NCBI GenBank assembly: GCA_051382305.1
Contig: JBBCAV010000414.1
Coordinates: 1 to 12,669 of the forward strand
Reading direction: 5' to 3'
Length of the DNA stretch: 12,669 nucleotides
From: Bdellovibrionota bacterium FG-2
GTDB taxonomy: Bacteria; Bdellovibrionota; UBA1018
Shown here: positions 1 to 6,130 of the stretch, piece after piece
How the letters are laid out: every line of letters begins with the position of its first letter
Position numbering within the stretch: position 1 is the stretch's first letter
Program-made: the position numbers and the translations under genes
Notes under the pieces: model-generated
Databases searched by the model: none
The model's input: the letters and a program-made list of their open reading frames with translations, nothing else
What the model was told of the DNA's origin: nothing

Positions 1-200
1 GAGAGAATGATCTGCGGATGACCAAGGTGCAGCAGAAGATCTCCGGCTGCTTCCGATCCATGGAAGGTGCTAAGATCTTTTGCCGAATTAGAAGCTACAT
101 TTTAACCTGTAGAAAAAACGGCGTCGGCCCCACTGAAGCGTTGAAACTGCTTTTTGACGGGGAACTGCCCAATTTTATGAAATAGGGGCTGACCAGTTAC
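1..200 (+). mobile_element. IS66-family insertion sequence, right end (truncated by window edge)
   Basis: A transposase C-terminus (3-185) is followed by GGGGCTGACCAGTTAC ending at 200. IS66 elements start with GTAA and end with TTAC. The short gap between stop and IR resembles the single-ORF ISBst12-like subgroup. Confidence 0.88.
3..185 (+). CDS. IS66 family DDE transposase, C-terminal fragment (5' partial; not in ORF track)
   Basis: Frame +3 reads [60 protein letters not shown]. This matches the IS66 TnpC C-terminal signature (E[18 protein letters not shown]...R-S-Y...T-x-R-K). Confidence 0.9.
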   Translation, partial: ENDLRMTKVQQKISGCFRSMEGAKIFCRIRSYILTCRKNGVGPTEALKLLFDGELPNFMK

Positions 201-216
201 GAAAATAGAAGCACTC

Positions 217-241
217 CGTGATGAAGCTCATCGCGTGTTTT
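217..241. terminator. Possible hairpin/terminator between IS66 and the ygeW 3' end
   Basis: CGTGATGA-AGC-TCATCGCG (8-bp stem with one G-U on the + strand) followed by TGTTTT, lying between convergent ORFs. Confidence 0.3.
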
Positions 242-255
242 AAATAGGCGAATAT

Positions 256-1446
256 TTACTGAGCGAATCTCTTCTTCCCATTTTTCTCAAGTTCAGCTAG
301 CATCGCACGAGCATTCTTGAAACGACCCAAGAAGATCATTGAAGCGATAATGTAGGGTTTGTAGCCTGCTTCTTTGTAGGTCTCGACCCTGTAGCGATCA
401 AAAACGGTGTCACGCACTTCGCCGGCTTTGCACGACACGTTGGTGATATCGGCAGGCAGGCAGTGCATGTACAGCGCCTTTACTCCCTTGGTGAGACGCA
501 TCTTCTCTTCGGTGCACTCCCAATCTTTGAACTTGGCGTTGTTAGCCAGACAATCCTTTTCAAGGTCTTTGAGACCTGCGGAATCATTCGTACGCAAGAG
601 CTCCGTTCTACGTCCCATGACGTGATAAGGAGCCCAACTCTTTGGATATACGATGTCGGCGTCTTTGAATGCATCGTCCATGGAGTTAGCGATATTGAAG
701 GAGCCTCCGCTCTTGGCGGCGTTCTTCTTAGAGACTTCAAGCGTCTCAGGAATCAACGAATAACCTTCTGGATGAGCGAGCGTTACGTTCATTCCAAAAC
801 GGGTCATCAGACCGATAATCCCTTGAGGAACCGAAAGCGGCTTGCCGTAGCTGGGCGAATACGCCCAGGTCATGGCGATTTTCTTGCCGCGAAGGTTCTC
901 GAGGCTACCGAAATAGTTTTTCAAGTGCGCAAGATCGGCCATCGATTGCGTGGGATGATCTACGTCACATTGCAGATTGACGATCGAAGGACGTTGATGA
1001 AGAACTTTTTCTTCATAGCCGGATTGCAAAGATTTTGAAACCTCCTGCATGTAGGTGTGGCCCGCGCCTAGGTACATGTCGTCGCGGATCCCGATGACTT
1101 CAGTCAAAAACGAGATCATGTTGGACGTCTCACGAACCGTCTCGCCGTGCGCGATTTGGGATTTTCCTTCATCCAAGTCCTGAACAGTCAGACCTAAGAG
1201 ATTGCAAGCGGATGAAAACGAAAATCTCGTACGGGTGGAGTTATCGCGAAACTGTGAAACGGCAAGGCCTGAGTCAAACACGCGGCAGGAGATGTTTCGC
1301 TCATAAAGATTCTTTAAGGCTTCAGCAACTTTAACGGTCGCGACGATTTCTTCTTGGGTTTTTTCCCAGGTCAGGAGGAAATCCTTATTGTGCATGTCGA
1401 ATTTGAGGGTCTCGAGGTCATTCAAAATCTGTCTAAATTTTTCCAT
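256..1446 (-). CDS. ygeW: Knotted carbamoyltransferase YgeW
   Basis: ATCase/OTCase motifs FRDNSTRTR, HPTQ and MHCLPAD, plus the YgeW-typical WAYSPSYGKPLSVPQG. The ATG at 1446 lies 7 nt from the GGAG (1454-1457) and is preferred over the ATG at 1452, which is only 1 nt from it. Confidence 0.95.
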   Translation of the reverse strand: MEKFRQILNDLETLKFDMHNKDFLLTWEKTQEEIVATVKVAEALKNLYERNISCRVFDSGLAVSQFRDNSTRTRFSFSSACNLLGLTVQDLDEGKSQIAHGETVRETSNMISFLTEVIGIRDDMYLGAGHTYMQEVSKSLQSGYEEKVLHQRPSIVNLQCDVDHPTQSMADLAHLKNYFGSLENLRGKKIAMTWAYSPSYGKPLSVPQGIIGLMTRFGMNVTLAHPEGYSLIPETLEVSKKNAAKSGGSFNIANSMDDAFKDADIVYPKSWAPYHVMGRRTELLRTNDSAGLKDLEKDCLANNAKFKDWECTEEKMRLTKGVKALYMHCLPADITNVSCKAGEVRDTVFDRYRVETYKEAGYKPYIIASMIFLGRFKNARAMLAELEKNGKKRFAQ

Positions 1447-1457
1447 AGTCATTCTCC

Positions 1458-2585
1458 TTAGAGGCTGTCGTTGTAAACGGTTGTTCCAGCCTCACCGGCC
1501 AGAGTCTTCTCAAAAAGATTAGTTTTCGTAATATGGGCTACTTTTCCGCCATTTTCCAAGAACTGAATCACGGCGCTGATTTTTGGCCCCATGCTTCCAG
1601 CAGGGAAAGCGTCGGGGTTTTTTTCACAAATTCCTTTAAGTTCCCGTAGCGAAAGCCTGCGTAAATCAACTTGGTCAAGTTTGCGATAATTTAATTTTGC
1701 GCCATCTTCGGCCGTGAGAATCGTGAGGCTTACATCCATTTTTTCGCCCCGTTCCAGCGCGCGCTTGCGAAGCAAGGTGCCCAAAAGTGCGGATGCTAAG
1801 TCCTTGTCGATGACGGCCTCTACACCCGTAAACACGGGCGCAGGCTCTTGCCCGGGTTTGACGGGACGGTCAAATTTGATTCCGTAATTGCAGGTGTAAA
1901 CTTCGCGATCGCCAATAATTTCAGGTTTCACGCGTACGACGGGAATTCCCCCGCCGCCAACACTGATGGGGATAATACCTGCTTTAAGGTGCGCTTCCAC
2001 GGCCTCAATTTCGACGATTTCACGAGGAATCGGCGATGGAACAACCCGTCTCCAAATTTCGTTGCCTTCTTTATCCTTGCCGTAGGATTTAACGAGCCAC
2101 CCATCAGCCTTTGCGCGCTTTTGGGCCTCGTCTTTGGTGAAGGGGGGGCCAATAAATTTCGAGGGGTTTTTGAAATCCGGATCATCGGCTTCAACCACGA
2201 CTTGGGTGATGGTCTCGGCGACAACGCGGTGGATTCCGCGCATGTGCAGTTCGTGGGACATTTGGGCCAACATGTAACCCATTGCGCCTTGGGAATCTGC
2301 GCCACAAATATCCAAAGGAATCGCATGTAAAATCGGGCGTGCGTACTCGGAGCGGAGCAGAATGTTGCCAACTTGGGGCCCGTTGCCATGGGTCAGAACA
2401 AAAAGATCGTCTGGATGTTTTTCGATAATGTTTGCAACGGTTTTTGAGGTTTCCGCGGTGCGCTGCCATTGGAGTGCGATGTCAGGATTTATGGATTTTC
2501 CTGCGCTATCCTTGAGTTCCATGGGGGAAAGCTCGTTTCCACCGAACGAAAATATCCTTAAATGCCTGGACAATTGAGTTGACAT
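1458..2585 (-). CDS. arcC: Carbamate kinase (ArcC/YqeA family) with an internal insertion
   Basis: Motifs GGN, THGNGPQVG, SQGAMGY, PSKFIGP, WRRVVPSP, GGGGIPV, GVEAVIDKD and GSMGPK. AGGAG lies upstream of the ATG at 2585. Its TAA overlaps the ygeW SD (TAAGGAG). Confidence 0.93.
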   Translation of the reverse strand: MSTQLSRHLRIFSFGGNELSPMELKDSAGKSINPDIALQWQRTAETSKTVANIIEKHPDDLFVLTHGNGPQVGNILLRSEYARPILHAIPLDICGADSQGAMGYMLAQMSHELHMRGIHRVVAETITQVVVEADDPDFKNPSKFIGPPFTKDEAQKRAKADGWLVKSYGKDKEGNEIWRRVVPSPIPREIVEIEAVEAHLKAGIIPISVGGGGIPVVRVKPEIIGDREVYTCNYGIKFDRPVKPGQEPAPVFTGVEAVIDKDLASALLGTLLRKRALERGEKMDVSLTILTAEDGAKLNYRKLDQVDLRRLSLRELKGICEKNPDAFPAGSMGPKISAVIQFLENGGKVAHITKTNLFEKTLAGEAGTTVYNDSL

Positions 2586-2673
2586 CGATGTCGCTCCTGA
2601 CTGTAAATACAACGGTTATTCGCAAAAAAGTTAAGTTATAGAAAAACGCTCGAAATAAAAAGGGAGAAATTCC
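2586..2673. promoter_or_regulatory. AT-rich divergent intergenic region (arcC-ygeW / ygeY)
   Basis: 88 bp between divergent start codons, with an SD on each side (AGGAG on minus, AGGGAG on plus). No clear -35/-10 pair was identified. Confidence 0.5.
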
Positions 2674-3873
2674 ATGTCGTTTCAAAAACAGGCCGAAAAA
2701 TATCGTGAACAGTGCGCCAATTTCCTAAGAGATTTAATCGCGCTTCCCAGTGTTAGCAGCGAAGAGGGCAAAGTCGCTGAACGCATTGTTCAAGAAATGA
2801 AGAAGGTCGGTTTTGATCGCGCATGGACCGACGATTACGGCAACGTGATTGGCCAAATCGGCACGGGCCCAATCCGCGTCGTATTCGATGGTCACATCGA
2901 TACGGTCGGCGTAGGCAACATCGAGAGCTGGCCTCATGATCCATTCAAAGGCAAAGTTGAAAACGGCGTCATCTGGGGTCGCGGGGCTGCGGATAATAAA
3001 GCTGCTAGTGCTGTCCAAGTTTATGGTGCGCTCCTTTTCAAGGAGATGGGCAAGAACCTCGATCAGTTCTCCATCTTCGTAGTGGGCTCGGTTCAAGAAG
3101 AAGACTGTGATGGTCTCGGGCTTCGTTATGCTCTCGAAACTTCGATCAAAGATGTTCACTACGTTTGCATGGGTGAGTGCACGAATTTGGCGGTCTATCG
3201 CGGACACCGCGGCCGCATGGAAATCAACGTCGTGGCCAAAGGCCGTTCTTGTCACGGCTCTGCTCCTGAGCGTGGTGACAACGCCATTTATAAAATGATG
3301 CGTTTGGTGAGTGATATTGAAAAACTCAATGAACGCCTTGTTGATGATCCCTTCCTTGGAAAAGGCACTTGCGCGGTGACTCACATTTCGTGTGACACCC
3401 CAAGTCTTTGTGCGGTTCCAGATGGTTGCCGCATTCACGTCGATCGTAGACTCACGAACGGTGAAGACAAGAAGCTCGCCGTGAAGCAGATCGAAGAACT
3501 GCCAAACTTTGATGCGAAATCCATGAAGGTCGAGATCCTGACCTACGATACTCCTTCGTATAAGAAAAAAGTGCTTGTCACCGAAAAGTATTACCCCACT
3601 TGGGTTTTGGAAGAAAACCATCCACTCGTTCGCGCGGGGGCTATGGCTGCAACCCAAGTCTTGGGTAAGCCTGCACGGGTTGATAAGTGGACCTTCTCGA
3701 CGAACGGGATTGCAAGCATGGGACAATTGGGAATTCCATCTATTGGGTTTGGTCCTGCCCGCGAAGAAGACACTCACTCTGTTAAAGACAGCGTGAAGAT
3801 TGATGACCTCGTTACGTCGGTGGCGTTCTACGCAGCATTGCCCGCAGCGATCTTGGAGTGTGTGAAGAAGTAG
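2674..3873 (+). CDS. ygeY: YgeY family M20 metallohydrolase (selenium metabolism-linked hydrolase)
   Basis: M20 motifs FDGHIDTV, GRGAADNK and VQEEDCDG, plus YgeY-typical YRGHRGRMEI, SCHGSAPERGDNAIYKM, DDPFLGKGT and VDKWTFSTNG. SD AGGGAG. Confidence 0.95.
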   Translation: MSFQKQAEKYREQCANFLRDLIALPSVSSEEGKVAERIVQEMKKVGFDRAWTDDYGNVIGQIGTGPIRVVFDGHIDTVGVGNIESWPHDPFKGKVENGVIWGRGAADNKAASAVQVYGALLFKEMGKNLDQFSIFVVGSVQEEDCDGLGLRYALETSIKDVHYVCMGECTNLAVYRGHRGRMEINVVAKGRSCHGSAPERGDNAIYKMMRLVSDIEKLNERLVDDPFLGKGTCAVTHISCDTPSLCAVPDGCRIHVDRRLTNGEDKKLAVKQIEELPNFDAKSMKVEILTYDTPSYKKKVLVTEKYYPTWVLEENHPLVRAGAMAATQVLGKPARVDKWTFSTNGIASMGQLGIPSIGFGPAREEDTHSVKDSVKIDDLVTSVAFYAALPAAILECVKK

Positions 3874-3969
3874 ATCGGCATAGAGGAAGGGTTGGCAATC
3901 TATGCCGATCTGTTGTTTTTTTAGATAGATCGGCATAGATTGCTTGCATCTCGTTCTATGCCGATCTAT
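3871..3969. repeat. Four alternately oriented copies of the 13-bp box AGATCGGCATAGA
   Basis: Forward at 3872-3884, reverse at 3899-3911, forward at 3927-3939, reverse at 3955-3967. The spacers are 14, 15 and 15 nt and differ in sequence. Read directly from the sequence. Confidence 0.95.
3872..3922 (+). terminator. Putative intrinsic terminator of ygeY (box1:box2 hairpin plus U-tract)
   Basis: 13-bp perfect stem, 14-nt loop, then GTTGTTTTTTT, starting within the ygeY stop codon. Confidence 0.55.
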
Positions 3970-3972
3970 ACT
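3944..3972 (+). promoter_or_regulatory. sigma70-like promoter, probably giving a leaderless mRNA for the ATPase gene
   Basis: TTGCAT (3944-3949), 17-nt spacer, TATACT (3967-3972), then 6 nt to the ATG at 3979. No SD is present. Confidence 0.65.
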
Positions 3973-3978
3973 TAATTT

Positions 3979-5397
3979 ATGTCATTTGTCGGACGCTCTT
4001 TTGAAATAGGCATCATCAAGTCTGCGCTAGAGTCTAATCGTGCCGAGCTCGGCGTAATTTATGGGCGCAGACGTGTTGGGAAAAGTACGCTTCTGAAAAA
4101 GGTACCCCTTCAGGGCGAAGGACTCTTTTTCGAGGGGCTAGAGGGACAGCCCCAAGAAAAACAAGTTCGACACTTCCTTGATCAATTAGCGGAACAAACA
4201 GAGACCCCTCCGTTCAGGGGAGAGTCATGGAAGGAGGCGTTCGACGCGCTAACTCCTTTTGTCGAAAAAGGAAAAAGCTATGTTGTTTTTGACGAGTTCC
4301 CTTGGATGGCAAGTGAACGGAGTGAGCTTGTAGCTCTATTGAAGTTTTATTGGGATCGATCCTGGAAAAATAATAACAAGCTGACCCTAGTTCTATGTGG
4401 GTCCGTTGCTTCGTTCATGGTGAAGCACGTCCTGCACTCTCGCTCCCTCCATAATCGAAAAACTTTTGAGCTAAAGGTGGATCCATTGCCCGCCGCAGAG
4501 GCGAAGAAGTTCTTTTCCAAATATCGATCAGACTTTGAAGCGACTAAGTTTCTTTGTGTTTTTGGGGGCGTTCCAAAGTATTTGGAGCAGATCAATCCGC
4601 GTTTGGATTTAATGGAGAATTTGGATCGACTGTGTTTCAAAAAAGGTGGCTTTTTTCTCAATGAATTCGATACGCTCTTTAAAGAGCAGTTTCGGGTGAC
4701 ACGCACTTATGAGGCCATTGTAAAAAGCTTATCGACGCAGCCCATTTCGAAGGAAGGGATTGCACAAAAGCTTCGCATGAAACCGGGCGGGGGCCTAGGC
4801 ACCTATCTTCAAAATCTCGAAGACGCGGGCTTCATAAAGAAAGAAGTTCCTCTGAATCTGATTGGAAAGATGAAATCGAAGACCATCCGTTATTCAGTTT
4901 GGGATGAGTGGTTGCGCTTCTATTTTCAATTCATGCACCCCCAGATTGCATTGATTCAACAAAATACTCGTTCGGGGCTCGCAGAAGGAGTTCTGGGCGC
5001 CCGCTTGGATCCGTTCTTCGGGATTGCGTTTGAGCGGCTTTGCCAAAAGAATCTCACACATCTTCTTGAGCGTTTGGAGATTCCTATTCATCGAGTGCAG
5101 GGGGTGGGTCCCTACTTTCGGCAGCCTTCGCGAAAAAAGGGGGCGAACCCAGGAGTTCAAATTGATTTGCTGATTAAGAAGAAGGGAAATACGTTGGTGT
5201 TGGTCGAGTGCAAGTTTACGCGCGAGCCTGTGGGGATGGCGATTGTGCCGGAGATTGAGCGTAAGATTAGGGTATTGAATGCACCAAAAGGAATGTCGGT
5301 TGAGCGAGTTCTTGTTTCTGCTTCTGGGGTCACTCACGAGCTAGAAGATGAGGGGTATTTTCATCGGACATTGGGGTTAGAGGCGGTGTTGGGATAG
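3979..5397 (+). CDS. AAA+ 'archaeal-type' ATPase with probable winged-HTH and C-terminal DUF234/PD-(D/E)XK nuclease-like domain
   Basis: N-terminal FVGR, Walker A GRRRVGKS, Walker B VVFDEFP, LVLCGS and FGGVPKYL. An HTH-like segment SKEGIAQKLRMKPGGGLGTYLQNLEDAGFIKK follows, then the C-terminal FERLC...QIDLL...LVECKF. Confidence 0.88.
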   Translation: MSFVGRSFEIGIIKSALESNRAELGVIYGRRRVGKSTLLKKVPLQGEGLFFEGLEGQPQEKQVRHFLDQLAEQTETPPFRGESWKEAFDALTPFVEKGKSYVVFDEFPWMASERSELVALLKFYWDRSWKNNNKLTLVLCGSVASFMVKHVLHSRSLHNRKTFELKVDPLPAAEAKKFFSKYRSDFEATKFLCVFGGVPKYLEQINPRLDLMENLDRLCFKKGGFFLNEFDTLFKEQFRVTRTYEAIVKSLSTQPISKEGIAQKLRMKPGGGLGTYLQNLEDAGFIKKEVPLNLIGKMKSKTIRYSVWDEWLRFYFQFMHPQIALIQQNTRSGLAEGVLGARLDPFFGIAFERLCQKNLTHLLERLEIPIHRVQGVGPYFRQPSRKKGANPGVQIDLLIKKKGNTLVLVECKFTREPVGMAIVPEIERKIRVLNAPKGMSVERVLVSASGVTHELEDEGYFHRTLGLEAVLG

Positions 5398-5416
5398 TAG
5401 GGAGTCCAAAAATATA

Positions 5417-5443
5417 TCAGTTTTTTAAATCTATTTCCGATAG
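5417..5443 (+). promoter_or_regulatory. sigma28 (FliA)-like promoter
   Basis: TCAGTTTT-N11-TCCGATAG, compared with the consensus TAAAGTTT-N11-GCCGATAA. It is followed by an SD-like GAGGGG and the ATG at 5468. Confidence 0.5.
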
Positions 5444-5467
5444 AGTTAAAGAGGGGGCCTTCTGCTT

Positions 5468-6130
5468 ATGAAACAATCGCTTTTCAATTTCGTAACCGTC
5501 ATTGTTTTGACTCTTGCTTCCAGTTTTGGTTTGGCTGAATCAAAAGGCCAAAGAAGAGTGCGTGATTTTGATGTGATTCACCGAAAAGCTTTTAGTGTTT
5601 GCAAGGCCGAGGCGGCCGCCGCAGATATGGTCAAAGCTTATCAAGAAATCCCCGGTGCCGTGAAAAATTGCCGGGTCACCTATAATCAAATTCCGTCGGC
5701 ACCTTCACTCGAAAGAGTTCTCGATAAATATGACAAATTCGAAGAGGAAAGTCGCGCGTGGCTTACAGCCTTTGTAGGAAAGACGCCTGCCGAAGTTATG
5801 GACGATGACCCCGGACGATTTGCCTATCATGCAAATACTTGTGACTTTCACTTTCGAAAGTTTTGGGAAAACGATTCTCTGAAGCAGTATTCGAGTGCGC
5901 TTACCGGCAGCATTAATGACTCAAAGAACGCGAGGAACAAGCAAATCCTTACCGAGGCGCGATCATGCTTGGTGGATTTTAATGATCATAAAATCCCCCA
6001 GCTCCTCAAAGCCTGCGGGGCGATGGTAGCGAAAGGGAAGTGCATTAATGAATATCTGAAAGTTAATGCTCCCAGCTATAATGGTCAAAAAAAGAGCGCC
6101 CCAGGCCATGGGGCTTCAAAGGGCGACTAG
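5468..6130 (+). CDS. Hypothetical secreted protein, six Cys
   Basis: Signal-peptide-like N-terminus MKQSLFNFVTVIVLTLASSFGLA, six cysteines, upstream SD, 220 aa. No family recognised. Its stop overlaps the xdh stop (CTAG 6127-6130). Confidence 0.75.
   Translation: MKQSLFNFVTVIVLTLASSFGLAESKGQRRVRDFDVIHRKAFSVCKAEAAAADMVKAYQEIPGAVKNCRVTYNQIPSAPSLERVLDKYDKFEEESRAWLTAFVGKTPAEVMDDDPGRFAYHANTCDFHFRKFWENDSLKQYSSALTGSINDSKNARNKQILTEARSCLVDFNDHKIPQLLKACGAMVAKGKCINEYLKVNAPSYNGQKKSAPGHGASKGD

Noticed and set aside
2586-2612. Upstream start at 2612 for carbamate kinase
   Set aside because: The AGGAG SD lies within this extension, correctly spaced for the ATG at 2585.
2734-3936. 400-aa antisense ORF
   Set aside because: It is in exact codon register with ygeY, so it only reflects the absence of TTA/CTA/TCA codons in ygeY. 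It has no recognisable motifs.
3899-3967. GCCGATCT inside the reverse boxes as sigma28 -10 elements
   Set aside because: There is no convincing TAAA/TCAAG-like -35 at the required spacing. The sigma70 match explains the region better.
3871-3969. Repeat array as a mini-CRISPR
   Set aside because: The repeats are 13 bp, alternate in orientation and have 14-15-nt spacers. No cas genes are in the window.
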